From Collinsella aerofaciens (GTDB lineage Bacteria; Actinomycetota; Coriobacteriia; Coriobacteriales; Coriobacteriaceae): DNA of 64,000 nt. The position numbers were made by a program, and so were the translations under genes. The DNA is taken from the NCBI GenBank assembly GCA_008680965.1, contig NAKE01000001.1, positions 2,070,865 to 2,134,864 on the forward strand. Reading direction: 5' to 3'. The notes under the pieces are model-generated. The model had not been told where the DNA came from. It did not search any database and worked only from the letters and a program-made list of their open reading frames with translations. Positions 20,021 to 30,161 of this stretch are shown here, one piece after another; the first letter of the stretch is position 1, and each line of letters begins with the position of its first letter.

Positions 20021-23000
20021 ATTCGGAGCGTAGGGCTTCCACAGGGTCTTTCTTGGATGCGCTGCGAGCCGGCAGCAGGCCGGCAACGACCGTCAGCAAC
20101 ACCGAAATCACAATGAGCATCAGCGCATCCTGCACGGGCAGGCTCATCAGGTTGGGGACCTGTTTGGCCGCAAGCGCCCAAGCATTGACCGGGAAGCTCA
20201 CGGCCACCACGACGACAATGGCAAAGACGCCGGCGATGAGGCCCTCGATAAAGGTCTCGGCATTGAATACGTTGGCCACGTTGCGCTTTGACGCGCCGAT
20301 CGCGCGCAGGATGCCAATCTCCTTTTTGCGCTCCAGCACGCTGATGTAGGTGATAATGCCGATCATGATGGAGCTCACCACCAAACTGATACTCACGAAT
20401 GCGATGAGCACCAAGCTGATGGTGTTCACGATGTCGGTCACCGAACCCATGATGATGCCCATGTAGTCGGTGTACGAGATCGCCTGTTCATCGTGGCCAA
20501 CGGCTTTGACCTGCTTGTTGTACGCATCGATGTGATCGAGTACGCGCTCCTTGGCCTCAAAGTCACGCGGGAAAATCTTGACCGAGATGGGGTCTGCCTC
20601 GTCCGCATAGCCCAACGTGGTCAGATTGTTATCGTAGGTGAGCTTTGCCGCCTTGGCATAGCTCATCATGAGCGAACTCAGGTCCTCAGCGTCCATGTTA
20701 AAGTGGATAGCGCGAGCAAAGGCGTTTGCATCCACGCGCATGGCGCTCGCCAAGTTGGCAAAACTCGAAGACATCTGCGTCGCCATTTGGTCCATGAGCC
20801 CTGCCGCACCCGCCTTGAGCTGGGTTGATACCGTCGTCGCAATCTGCTCGCTGACCGCCTTCATCACCTGATCCATAGACTGCTGCAAATACGGAGCCAG
20901 CTGCTTTTGCACATAGTCGCCCATCACCTGCTGCAGACGCTCGGCCAGGGCATCGCCGCCGAGTGCCCTGAGCTGAGCCAGGTATTGCTGGGCGTCGGCA
21001 TCATGCTCAAGATACGTCGAGAATGCGGCAGCAAGCTTTGACGCGTCCTTAAGGTCTTCGGGCGACAGCGCCTTAAACTGATCGGACTGCATAAAGCCCT
21101 CAAACAGCTGATTGGCAAGCGTTCCCACCTGCTGCATTTGCTCGGGCGTGAGCTCCAGACCGTCAAAGATGCCCGAGAAATCCGGAGCCGGCGCCTTGGC
21201 CATGATGTCACTAAAGTCGATGTCTCGCCCAACACCCGAAAGGTCAATATCCAGCCCGGACAAATCAAGGCTAGAAAGGTCCATGCCGCCGGCCGCACCC
21301 GAGAGCGCAGATGCATCGAACGAGAACGCGCTCTTCAGCGCCGCCTCGTCCACACTGAACATGCTGCTCAGATCCACGCCTTGCTTGGCCTCGCTCTGCA
21401 GCTCGTCGAAGGTTTTGCCCGTAAAGACATCCGTCTCGGGGTGGGCAAGCTGCTCCTGCACAATCTGCGAATCGGCGGCGCGCTTCATAAGCTGGCAAGT
21501 CAGCGCATGCGTATAGGCAATGCCCGGAGTCAATGCGCTCGCGTTGGCCGTCTCGTTGGGTCGCACCACGCCCACAATGCGCACGTCAATACCGTCGGCA
21601 ACCTTGGCGGCCATAAAGTCGGCGTCGCCAGACATGTCGGTCCACATGCCGGTCTCTTCGTTTTTGCGATAGGCATCGGCCGGCGACAACACCTTAAATG
21701 TCGTGGACAGCGCATCGTCGTAGGTAAAGTCGGTGCCGGTCTCGGGCGTCTCGACCTTGCCGTCGGCCGTCATGGCGCTGTTGACCAGGTCGTTGAGCTC
21801 ATCGATATCCAGCGCGCCGATGCTATAGAGCGTATAGTCGCCCACCGTGCCGCGGTCCGAAAGCACCATCACGGCTTCGTTGGCGGACGTGGGCCAATGG
21901 CCGGCAACGACATCGTATTGGCTGTCGAGCAGGCTCTGGTCGTCAATCATCTCGTTAAAGACCGAGGTCCCCATGGAATCCATGCTCACCGTTGCCGCCG
22001 AGCTTGCGCCTCCGCTCATGGCCTCGGTCATAGCGTTGGGAACAAGCCGAACGGGCCTCTCGTCGCCCTTGCTCAAACGATAGACAACCGGCGTCACGCC
22101 GTAGCCGTACTGGATAGCGTTGACCTCTTTGTCGATACCGTCACCGCCGCCGTCAAGCCATGCCTTAAAGCTCGTCATATCGTTAGATTTAACGCTTGCG
22201 AACATATCCTTTACGGCCGTGACCACCGGGATCTTATCGGTCCCCTGAGCCTTGCCACCGGTGGCGCCATCGGACGAGCCCTCGCCCTTGGATACCTCCT
22301 CATCGGCAGCCCCATGCCCGCCCATCATGGACGACAGGTCGTAATCTTGTTTGGAAATCGTAAGCGGGTAGCTCGAGAGTGTGTCCTCCTCGACCTTTTT
22401 GATGTAGCCGTTTACGCCGTTGGAGAGCGCCAGAATCGCCGCGATGCCAATAATGCCAATCGAACCAGCAAAGGCCGTCATAGCCGTACGGCCCTTCTTA
22501 GTCAAAAGGTTTCGGGCAGAAAGCCCCAGCGCTGTCACAAAGCTCATCGATGTTTTGCGCGTAGGCTTTGCCTCGCGACGCGCGGCATTGGCAACATCAA
22601 AGGGGTCGGAATCGTCGGTGATCTTGCCGTCCGCCAGGTTGACGATGCGCGTGGCGTACTGGTACGCCAGCTCGGGATTGTGCGTGACCATGATGACCAG
22701 ACGGTCGCGCGCAACGTCCTTGAGCAAATCCATGACCTGCACGGATGTCGTTGAGTCCAAGGCGCCGGTCGGCTCGTCAGCCAGCACAATCTCGGGATCG
22801 TTAATCAGGGCGCGGGCGATGGCCACGCGCTGCATCTGCCCGCCCGAAAGCTGGCTCGGGCGCTTGTCAACGTGCTCGCCCAGACCGACTGCCTCGAGCG
22901 CCTTGCGCGCACGTTGGCGGCGCTCGGCATGCCCCACGCCCGTGAGCGTAAGCGCCAACTCCACGTTTTCCAAAATGCTCTGATGCGGAATGAGGTTATA

Positions 23001-23273
23001 GCTCTGGAACACAAAGCCGATGCGATTATTGCGATAGGCATCCCAATCGCGGTCGTTGAAGTCCTTGGTCGAGATGCCGTCGATCAGCAGGTCGCCGGAA
23101 TCGAAATGGTCGAGTCCACCAATGACGTTGAGCATCGTAGTTTTACCCGAACCCGAGGGACCCAGGATGGCTACAAACTCGTTATCGCGAAAAGACAGGC
23201 TTACGCTGTCGAGCGCTACCTGCGTAAACGACTGCGTAACGTACCTTTTGCAAATATCTCTGAGATCCAGCAT
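20019..23273 (-). CDS. fused ABC transporter ATP-binding/permease protein (MacB/FtsX-like)
   Basis: N-terminal [24 protein letters not shown] and [11 protein letters not shown] long extracytoplasmic region precedes a C-terminal FtsX-like 4-TM bundle. Start at [11 protein letters not shown] (ATG 23271-23273). Confidence 0.85.
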   Translation of the reverse strand: MLDLRDICKRYVTQSFTQVALDSVSLSFRDNEFVAILGPSGSGKTTMLNVIGGLDHFDSGDLLIDGISTKDFNDRDWDAYRNNRIGFVFQSYNLIPHQSILENVELALTLTGVGHAERRQRARKALEAVGLGEHVDKRPSQLSGGQMQRVAIARALINDPEIVLADEPTGALDSTTSVQVMDLLKDVARDRLVIMVTHNPELAYQYATRIVNLADGKITDDSDPFDVANAARREAKPTRKTSMSFVTALGLSARNLLTKKGRTAMTAFAGSIGIIGIAAILALSNGVNGYIKKVEEDTLSSYPLTISKQDYDLSSMMGGHGAADEEVSKGEGSSDGATGGKAQGTDKIPVVTAVKDMFASVKSNDMTSFKAWLDGGGDGIDKEVNAIQYGYGVTPVVYRLSKGDERPVRLVPNAMTEAMSGGASSAATVSMDSMGTSVFNEMIDDQSLLDSQYDVVAGHWPTSANEAVMVLSDRGTVGDYTLYSIGALDIDELNDLVNSAMTADGKVETPETGTDFTYDDALSTTFKVLSPADAYRKNEETGMWTDMSGDADFMAAKVADGIDVRIVGVVRPNETANASALTPGIAYTHALTCQLMKRAADSQIVQEQLAHPETDVFTGKTFDELQSEAKQGVDLSSMFSVDEAALKSAFSFDASALSGAAGGMDLSSLDLSGLDIDLSGVGRDIDFSDIMAKAPAPDFSGIFDGLELTPEQMQQVGTLANQLFEGFMQSDQFKALSPEDLKDASKLAAAFSTYLEHDADAQQYLAQLRALGGDALAERLQQVMGDYVQKQLAPYLQQSMDQVMKAVSEQIATTVSTQLKAGAAGLMDQMATQMSSSFANLASAMRVDANAFARAIHFNMDAEDLSSLMMSYAKAAKLTYDNNLTTLGYADEADPISVKIFPRDFEAKERVLDHIDAYNKQVKAVGHDEQAISYTDYMGIIMGSVTDIVNTISLVLIAFVSISLVVSSIMIGIITYISVLERKKEIGILRAIGASKRNVANVFNAETFIEGLIAGVFAIVVVVAVSFPVNAWALAAKQVPNLMSLPVQDALMLIVISVLLTVVAGLLPARSASKKDPVEALRSE

Positions 23274-23353
23274 GGACGGCAACCTCTCCCCCGCCGTTCG
23301 CATCCAACGCGTTTGACCTACTCTATCAGCTTTTTTGCCGGTACCAGCAAGGA

Positions 23354-23383
23354 ATGTAACGAACAAAAATGTAACGAACAAAA
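23354..23383. repeat. perfect 2 x 15-nt tandem repeat ATGTAACGAACAAAA
   Basis: Copies at 23354-23368 and 23369-23383, about 80 nt upstream of the MacB-like gene start (minus strand). Confidence 0.9.
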
Positions 23384-23430
23384 AACGGGACGGCACGCCG
23401 CATGGCGCACCATCCCGCACATAACATCGA

Positions 23431-23465
23431 AGGTGTGACAAAGGGACTGCCCCTTTGTCACACCT
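23431..23465. repeat. 35-nt near-perfect palindrome AGGTGTGACAAAGGGACTGCCCCTTTGTCACACCT (family copy 3)
   Basis: Read directly. One mismatch pair next to the centre. Lies between the tlpA-like gene end and the MacB-like upstream region. Confidence 0.95.
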
Positions 23466-23480
23466 TTGTCGCATTCGAAC

Positions 23481-24443
23481 CTACTGTTCGCTCTTCGCGA
23501 GTGCCTGATCGATCAGTTTGTTGAGCGCCTCGCGCTGCTCAGCGGAGTTGATGCCGCCCATGATCGGCTCTCCCACAATGTTACCGTTCTGGTCGATCAC
23601 GTAGGTGGTCGGGAACGAGTACAGGTTGGAGGTGAACTTTCCGGCCTCGCTGTCCGACTTAAACCAGATGTTCTTATACGTCACGCCCTTCTTGGAAAGC
23701 ACGTCCTTGGCATCGGCCACCTCGTCTTTGTTGCCATCGAGCGTAAAGGAATTAACGCCCACGACCTGGCCGTCCTTCTCGGCAAGCTCCTTGTTGAGCT
23801 TCTCCAGATCGCCCAGCTCTCCCACGCACGGCTTGCAGGTGGTAAACCAGAAGTTCATGACGGTGACCTTGTTCTTGGAGAACAGCTCGTCGCTGTTTAC
23901 ATCGTTGCCGTCCAAGTCCTTGCCCTTAAAGCTGGGGAACTTCGTCTCCCCGCTCTCGCCGTTGGTCATACCCGCGGTCGAGGCATCAACGCTCTCCCCC
24001 TCGCCGGGCGCGCTGCCACATCCGGGGAACTCCTTCTCCAGCGCCATGAGCTTGTCCTCGATCTCCTTGACCTGCTGCGCGCCGGCCTTAAGCGTCTTAA
24101 GCTCGTCAGCCGCAAACTGATCTTTGGCGCCCTCGATGGTATCGAGCAAGAAGTCACCGTAGTTCTTGCCGTCCTCAATCATGGGGGTGTCTTTGTTGGC
24201 CGCAAGGAACACCTTTTCCCATAGGGCGTTATCGCTCGCAAAGATCTCGTTTTCCTTTTGCAGCAGCTGCTGATACAGCTCGGCCGCCTCCTCGGCACTT
24301 GACGGCTTTTGCGCTATGAGCTCGGCAATCTGCGCATCGCCGCTCGTAGCATCCTTCGCGTCGCCCTTGGGGGCAGAGCACGCCGCGAGAGTCAGCGCCA
24401 GCACGGGCAGCATCAACAGAGCCGCAATTTTTGACAGTTTCAT
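23481..24443 (-). CDS. TlpA/redoxin family thiol-disulfide oxidoreductase lipoprotein
   Basis: Lipobox LTLAAC, helical linker, thioredoxin fold with FWFTTCKPC. Confidence 0.8.
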   Translation of the reverse strand: MKLSKIAALLMLPVLALTLAACSAPKGDAKDATSGDAQIAELIAQKPSSAEEAAELYQQLLQKENEIFASDNALWEKVFLAANKDTPMIEDGKNYGDFLLDTIEGAKDQFAADELKTLKAGAQQVKEIEDKLMALEKEFPGCGSAPGEGESVDASTAGMTNGESGETKFPSFKGKDLDGNDVNSDELFSKNKVTVMNFWFTTCKPCVGELGDLEKLNKELAEKDGQVVGVNSFTLDGNKDEVADAKDVLSKKGVTYKNIWFKSDSEAGKFTSNLYSFPTTYVIDQNGNIVGEPIMGGINSAEQREALNKLIDQALAKSEQ

Positions 24444-24478
24444 GGTTCCTCCGTTTATATCGAAACTTATATAGGTAC

Positions 24479-24698
24479 CTATTTGTTTTCGCAGGCTTGC
24501 GTGGACTGCGCGGGTTTGTCGCCCGTCACACCCAGCCCATAGCGAAAGCTAATAGCATCGACGGGGCACGCGCCCACGCATTTGCCGCAACGAATGCACT
24601 CGGCATGGTTGGGCGTACGCGTAACGTCCACGTCCATTTGACACACCTTGGCGCACTTGCCGCACGAGACGCATTTGCACTGGTCAACCTGGATCCCC
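24479..24698 (-). pseudogene. C-terminal fragment of a membrane 4Fe-4S binding protein (two ferredoxin CxxCxxCxxxC motifs), cut off by IS256
   Basis: Reverse translation gives ...GIQVDQCKCVSCGKCAKVCQMDVDVTRTPNHAECIRCGKCVGACPVDAISFRYG...ENK*. It joins in frame to 26183..26882 once the IS and one TSD copy are removed. Confidence 0.85.
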
Positions 24699-26182
24699 GG
24701 TAGTGTCGAGAAAGTTGGTGTAGCGCCCGATCCGAAGCGAGTCGGCCCGGCGTCCAGGAACCTGGAATACGGTTGATATCCTATGCCGCCTCGATCCTGT
24801 CCGCAAGCTCGAGGCCGGATTCGATCATCTTCCTGGCCTCAGCCTCCAGCCGCGACCAGTCGACCGTCCCGTCGAGCCCGCGCGTGCGGCCCTCGTCGTA
24901 GAGCTCCCTCATCTTCGCCTCCGAGAAGTACCTGGATTCCTGCCATGTCTCGTCCTGCTCGCACATGACCGCGCCTGCCAGCCGCACCAGCGACGCCGCC
25001 GAGGGGAACGCCTGCACCACCCTCGACCTGCGCTTTATCTCGCGGTTCGTCCGCTCCTGGACGTTGTTGGTGCGCAGGCGCTTCCAGTGCGACGGCGGGA
25101 AGTCGAGGTATGCCAGGGCGTCCGGCTCGGCCTCCTCGAGGATCGCCGCCGCCCTCGGGCAGCACCCCTCCAGCATGTCGCACGCCACGTGGTACATGGC
25201 GGTCACGGTGGCGGCGTCGCGCCCGCGGAACACCTGCGAGACGATCCTGCCCACGCGGCGCCTGAGCTGCCAGGAGCCCGCCTCGCGCATGCAGTCGCGC
25301 ATGAGGTGGACGGCGCAGCGCTGCCATGCCGCCCCCTGGAAGACCTCCGCCGCGGCCGCGACGAGGCCCGCGTGCGCGTCGGAGACGACGAGCTCCACGC
25401 CGGAGACGCCGCGGTCGCGGATCTTCCTGAGGAATGCCAGCCACGAGTCGTACGATTCCGTGTCCACCACGTCGACACCCAGCACGCGCCTCCAGCCGCC
25501 CGCGTCGCAGCCGATGGCCGTGACGACGGCCGTGGAGGCCACGCGGCCCCCGCGGCGGCACTTGACGTAGGTGGCGTCGAGCCAGACGTAGGGCACCGGC
25601 GAGCCGTCGAGGGGCCTCGCGCAGAGCTCCTCGATGTCGGCGTCAAGGCTCGACGCGATGGCGCTCACCTGGTCCTTGGAGAGCCTGGACACGCCCATCT
25701 TCTCGGCCACCCTCTGCACCTTGCGGGTGCTCGTTCCGGTGGCGTACATCTCGGCCACGGCGGCCACGAGGGCGCGGTCCGCGCGCTGGTAGCGCTCGAT
25801 CACGTCGTCCGGGAAGAAGCTGCCGGTGCGGAGCTTCGGGATTCGCAGCGTCAGCGTGCCGACGCAGGTGGCGAGCGACCTCTCTCGGTAGCCGTTTCGG
25901 CTGTTCGACCCGCCGCCGCAAAGCTGGTCGGCCTCGGCGTCCATCACGGCGTTCACGACCTGCTCGGCGAGGCGCCTGAGCAGCTCCTGCATGTCGATGG
26001 CGCCGTCGTCGAACCGGGGCATGGCGAGCATGTCCGGCGTCGGGTCTGATAAGATTTCCATAGCGGTCTTCGTCCTTTCCTAGAACCTGTTGTTGTGGTG
26101 ATTTCAGATTCTAGGACGAAGGCCGTTCTTCGTTAAACGGGCGCTGGGGCGTCACCCTTACACCAACATTTTCGACGCGATC
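24699..26182 (-). mobile_element. IS256 family insertion sequence
   Basis: Imperfect terminal inverted repeats (IRs) GGTAGTGTCGAGAAAGTTGGTGTA and reverse complement GATCGCGTCGAAAATGTTGGTGTA. 8-bp direct target duplication GGATCCCC at 24691-24698 and 26183-26190. A single mutator-type transposase gene lies inside. Confidence 0.9.
24781..26061 (-). CDS. IS256 family (mutator-type) transposase
   Basis: 426 aa with typical blocks: GYRERSLATCVGTLTLRIPKLR, YVWLDATYVK, VVSDAHAGL, WQRCAVHLMRD and RTNNVQERTNREIKRR. Confidence 0.9.
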   Translation of the reverse strand: MEILSDPTPDMLAMPRFDDGAIDMQELLRRLAEQVVNAVMDAEADQLCGGGSNSRNGYRERSLATCVGTLTLRIPKLRTGSFFPDDVIERYQRADRALVAAVAEMYATGTSTRKVQRVAEKMGVSRLSKDQVSAIASSLDADIEELCARPLDGSPVPYVWLDATYVKCRRGGRVASTAVVTAIGCDAGGWRRVLGVDVVDTESYDSWLAFLRKIRDRGVSGVELVVSDAHAGLVAAAAEVFQGAAWQRCAVHLMRDCMREAGSWQLRRRVGRIVSQVFRGRDAATVTAMYHVACDMLEGCCPRAAAILEEAEPDALAYLDFPPSHWKRLRTNNVQERTNREIKRRSRVVQAFPSAASLVRLAGAVMCEQDETWQESRYFSEAKMRELYDEGRTRGLDGTVDWSRLEAEARKMIESGLELADRIEAA

Positions 26183-26882
26183 GGATCCCCAGCAAAGACA
26201 CCTTGTTCATGAGCGCATAAAACGCACCGAGTGGACAAATCCATTTGCAGAAGGGGCGGTAGAACAAAACGCTCAGCACCGCAACCACAATGAGGATCGC
26301 GAGCTTCCAGGTAAAGAGCTTTCCCAGCGCAGAGCGGATTCCCATGTTCATGATGGACAGCGGAATCGCGCCCTCGAGCACGCCCTGCGGGCAGATGTAC
26401 TTGCAAAAGAACGGGTCGCCCATACCCACATCGTTGACCACCAAGACGGGCAGCAGCACCACGGCAAACAGCAGCACGGCATACTTGATGTACGTGAGCG
26501 GCTTGAGCTTTTTCGTGGAGAGCTTTTTGCTGGGAATCTTATGCAAAAGCTCTTGCAGCCATCCAAACGGGCACAAAAAGCCGCATACAAAACGTCCCAG
26601 CAGCACGCCGATTAGAATGAGCGTTCCGGTGACGTAATACGAAAAGCTAAACTTAGACGAGCCCACCACCGACTGAAACGACCCGATGGGACACGCACCC
26701 GAGGCCGCCGGACACGAGTAGCAGTTGAGGCCCGGCACGCAGACGGCTTTGCCCGCTCCCTGGTAGATGCCGCCCTTGGCAAAGTTGGGCAGGTGAATAT
26801 TGGTCGCAAGCGTCGCCGCCGCCTGAATCAATCCGCGGAATCTCGCCAAAAGATGCGATGCAGTGTTTTTTCTTTTATCCAA
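26183..26882 (-). pseudogene. N-terminal fragment of the same 4Fe-4S binding membrane protein (NapH/MauN-like architecture)
   Basis: VPGLNCYSCPAASGACPIGS, TM helices, and CxxxCP motifs (FLCPFGW, KYICPQG, KWICPLG). Start uncertain; a TTG at 26880-26882 overlaps the stop of the upstream small gene. Confidence 0.75.
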
Positions 26883-27030
26883 TTCCGATACACTCCAAGC
26901 ACAGCCTGATTGCCTTGGCCAGCACGGCATCTGCCTCGCCGCGCATAACGCCAAAGCCAACCATGGCTACCCCAACGATCAGCAAAGCCACCTGCGCCAC
27001 AGGCTTAATCGCTTTGAACAATCTGACCAC
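26875..27030 (-). CDS. small CD1871A-like CXXC membrane peptide
   Basis: Not in the ORF track. Reverse translation gives (V)VRLFKAIKPVAQVALLIVGVAMVGFGVMRGEADAVLAKAIRLCLECIGIG*. One TM helix plus the C-terminal CLEC-IGIG ending is typical of the small proteins encoded next to these 4Fe-4S proteins. Start is GTG 27030 or TTG 27021, after AAGGAG. Confidence 0.55.
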   Translation of the reverse strand: MVRLFKAIKPVAQVALLIVGVAMVGFGVMRGEADAVLAKAIRLCLECIGIG

Positions 27031-27110
27031 TCCTTTCGTTTCGCGACCCATTGGACCATACCGACTATAAAATCCGTGTTAAGCGTGAATGACTATGCAA
27101 GGAGAACGTT

Positions 27111-27785
27111 ATGCGCATCTTGGTCGTCGAGGACGAGCGGGCGCTGTGCGATGCGATCGCACGCAGCCTGCGCAACTTGGCCTATAGCGTCGACTGCTGC
27201 TACGACGGGCAGCAGGCCCTCGATCTGCTCGATGTCGAGACCTTTGATCTTGTCGTGCTCGACCTCAATCTCCCCCATGTCGACGGCATGACCGTGCTCA
27301 GGCAACTCAGGACAACTGATTGTGAGACCAAGGTGCTTGTGCTCTCGGCACGCGGCGAGGTCTCCGACAAGGTGGCGGGGCTCGATGCAGGCGCCAACGA
27401 CTACCTCACCAAGCCGTTCCATCTTGACGAGCTGGCGGCACGCATACGCAGCCTCACGCTCAGGCGCTTTACGCAAAGCGACGTTGTTCTAACCTGTGGT
27501 TCGTTGAGCTTTGACACCAAGGCACGCCTCGCCTCCGTGGGCGACGAGGTTCTATCCCTCACGCGCAAGGAGACCGGCATCCTGGAATACCTGATGCTTA
27601 ACCAAGGGCGGCCGGTGAGCCAGGAAGAGCTTATCGAGCATGTATGGGACAGCAGCGTCAACAGCTTTAGCAACGCGACCCGCGTGCATATCTCATCGCT
27701 GCGCAAAAAGCTGCGCGGCGCGTTGGGGCACGACCCCATCCGCAACCGAATCGGCGAAGGCTACGTTATGGAGGACGGCAAATGA
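27111..27785 (+). CDS. OmpR/PhoB family response regulator
   Basis: Receiver domain (DLVVLDLNLP, K in LTKPF) plus a winged-helix output (LTRKETGILEYL...RIGEGY). Confidence 0.9.
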   Translation: MRILVVEDERALCDAIARSLRNLAYSVDCCYDGQQALDLLDVETFDLVVLDLNLPHVDGMTVLRQLRTTDCETKVLVLSARGEVSDKVAGLDAGANDYLTKPFHLDELAARIRSLTLRRFTQSDVVLTCGSLSFDTKARLASVGDEVLSLTRKETGILEYLMLNQGRPVSQEELIEHVWDSSVNSFSNATRVHISSLRKKLRGALGHDPIRNRIGEGYVMEDGK

Positions 27786-28933
27786 AGCGGCTGTCGCTGC
27801 AGTGGCGCATCACGTTAATGACGGCCCTGTTGGTATGTTCGACCTGCGTACTTATGAATTGCCTGGTTGGCTACTCCGGCATGCGCTATATGGACTCGAT
27901 TGGTGCAGAAGCGTCGACGCACAGCAAGGTGGAGACCGCAGCGCCCAGCTCATTTGACCCGGCAAGCAAAGAGCTCGATGACGAGCTGACCATCGTCGTG
28001 AGCGACGCCCAAGCATCGTTTAGCGCAACGAGCTGGTGCATAACCGCGGCGGTGACGCTGCTCGGTGGCGTGCTGGCCTATTTTGTGAGCGGACATGCGC
28101 TGCAGCCGTTGCGCTCCTTTGCGGCGCAAGTCGAGAGCGTGCGGCCCGACAACCTCGCCGACACAAAGATCAGCGAGGACGTGCCCTCTGAACTCAGGCG
28201 CTGCAGCGCGTCGTTTAACGACATGATTTCCCGCCTTGACGAGGGATTTTCCGCACAAAAACAGTTTACCGGCAACGCCGCACACGAGTTGCGCACCCCG
28301 CTCGCCCTTATGCAAGCACAGATTGAACTATTCATCTCCGAGCACTCCGGTTTGCAACCCGAAACAGCCGAGCTGCTCGGCCTGCTACAAGAACAAACCG
28401 AGCGAATGTCGCGGATGACCAAGGTATTGCTCGAGATGAGTGAGCTCCGCAGCGTTCCTTGCGAGGACGATGTTGAACTTGGTCCCTTGTCCGAAGAGGT
28501 CCTCACCGACCTTGCGCCACTTGCCGAAAATAAGGGCATAGCCCTCAATTGTGCTGGAGACGCTTTAGTAATCGGGAACGATGCGGTCCTCTATCGGCTG
28601 GTGTTTAACCTGGCCGAAAACGCCATCCGTTACAGCCGCTCCGGCTCGTCTGTCAACGTCTCCATCAGCGACAGCGACAGCCACGTGCTCCTGCGAGTCA
28701 AAGATGAGGGCCCGGGAATACCCAAGCAGTACCGAGAGAGCATCTTCCAGCCGTTCTTTCGTCTAGACAAATCCCGCAGCAGGGCATACGGCGGCGCAGG
28801 ACTCGGGCTAGCGCTTGTTTGGGAGATTGCAGCGCTTCACGGTGGCACGGTAGAGGTCGAAACAAGTTCCGAGAACGGAACCACCATGCTCGTAAGCCTT
28901 CCAAAACGATCCGCAGCGTTAACCGAACAGTAA
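27782..28933 (+). CDS. sensor histidine kinase
   Basis: 4-nt overlap with the response regulator gene. Two TM segments, HAMP-like linker, H-box AAHELRTPLA, N box NLAENAIRY, G boxes DEGPGI and GGAGLGLA. Confidence 0.9.
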   Translation: MKRLSLQWRITLMTALLVCSTCVLMNCLVGYSGMRYMDSIGAEASTHSKVETAAPSSFDPASKELDDELTIVVSDAQASFSATSWCITAAVTLLGGVLAYFVSGHALQPLRSFAAQVESVRPDNLADTKISEDVPSELRRCSASFNDMISRLDEGFSAQKQFTGNAAHELRTPLALMQAQIELFISEHSGLQPETAELLGLLQEQTERMSRMTKVLLEMSELRSVPCEDDVELGPLSEEVLTDLAPLAENKGIALNCAGDALVIGNDAVLYRLVFNLAENAIRYSRSGSSVNVSISDSDSHVLLRVKDEGPGIPKQYRESIFQPFFRLDKSRSRAYGGAGLGLALVWEIAALHGGTVEVETSSENGTTMLVSLPKRSAALTEQ

Positions 28934-29001
28934 AACGAAAGGGGTCCCGAGCAACAGGGGTAAAATGGCTGCTAATGTTGCCAGCTGTTGGGAGATGGAA
29001 G

Positions 29002-30006
29002 ATGGACTGCGATGGCTACCCGCGCATTCCCATGCCGTTGATGTGCACCGCCTTTGTGCCGGGGCAGATTGACGCTGCGGTTGCAGGCATTTCCGACCCC
29101 GATTCACGCACCATCGCCACGGCGGAAGCGCTGTACTTTCGCGGACAGGCCACACTCGCCGCCGAGACAGCACGCCCCTATCTTGACGCCACCGACCCCG
29201 CACTGCGCTATTCCGCATGCCTTATCTGCGGATATGCCAGTCTGTCGCTCAACCGTATCACCGATGCCCGTCGTTGCCTTGCGGGCATCCTCGATACGCC
29301 AACTGACGAGGAATCGTCCGCCGTCCACGCCACGCATATCCTGTTCGCCTCCGCCGCGAGCGTCCTGTTGCACTTGCCTTCCCCGTATTCTGCCGAAGAG
29401 TTTTATCCACTTGCGGCGCATCTGCCCGAAGGCCTGCGCCTGTTCGCCAGCTACGTGATGGCGCACGCGTTGTATCTGCGCGGCGAATACGGCCGCAGCC
29501 TGGGCATGGCGGAAAACGCCCTGATTATGAAACAGGGAAGCTACCCCATCTCGGAGCTATTCCTGCACTTGTCGGCCTCGATGGCCTGTATGAGTCTCAA
29601 AGACGTCGACGCCGCAAAAGCGCACTTTGGCGCCGCTTGGGACATTGCGCGCCCCGACGGCCTTATCGAGCTCATCGGCGAACACCATGGCCTTTTGCAG
29701 GGACTCATCGAGGCATGCCTAAAATCGCAATACTCTGACGATTTCGCTCGCATCATCGAGATCACGTATCGATTCAGCTACGGCTGGCGGCGCATCCACA
29801 ACCCCGATTCGGGCGAGGACGTGGCCGACGATCTAACGACCACGGAGTTCACCATGGCCATGCTCGCCTGCCGTGGGTGGACCAACGCCGAAATCGCACG
29901 CCATATGGGCGTGTCGCCGGGAACTGTTAAAAACCGCCTATCCGGCGTATATGCAAAGCTTGGCATCGGCACGCGCGCCGAGCTGGTCGCGCATATGCTG
30001 CGTTAG
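29002..30006 (+). CDS. LuxR family transcriptional regulator (helical/TPR-like N-domain plus C-terminal HTH)
   Basis: C-terminus reads LTTTEFTMAMLACRGWTNAEIARHMGVSPGTVKNRLSGVYAKLGI. Start at ATG 29002 (GGAG 7 nt upstream); ATG 28975 is an alternative. The ORF-track start overlaps the kinase gene. Confidence 0.8.
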   Translation: MDCDGYPRIPMPLMCTAFVPGQIDAAVAGISDPDSRTIATAEALYFRGQATLAAETARPYLDATDPALRYSACLICGYASLSLNRITDARRCLAGILDTPTDEESSAVHATHILFASAASVLLHLPSPYSAEEFYPLAAHLPEGLRLFASYVMAHALYLRGEYGRSLGMAENALIMKQGSYPISELFLHLSASMACMSLKDVDAAKAHFGAAWDIARPDGLIELIGEHHGLLQGLIEACLKSQYSDDFARIIEITYRFSYGWRRIHNPDSGEDVADDLTTTEFTMAMLACRGWTNAEIARHMGVSPGTVKNRLSGVYAKLGIGTRAELVAHMLR

Positions 30007-30161
30007 CGACCGGGCCGCCAAGCGCATCGAACGCGTTCCGGAACCCGGCACTTCGCTCGCCTAAATTGGACATTTTGGCCCTTGAACGGCACTACCGCCA
30101 CGGGGCGCCATCTCGCAAAATTGGATTATTTCCACCGATATTTGCGGGATGGGAGCCAAAA

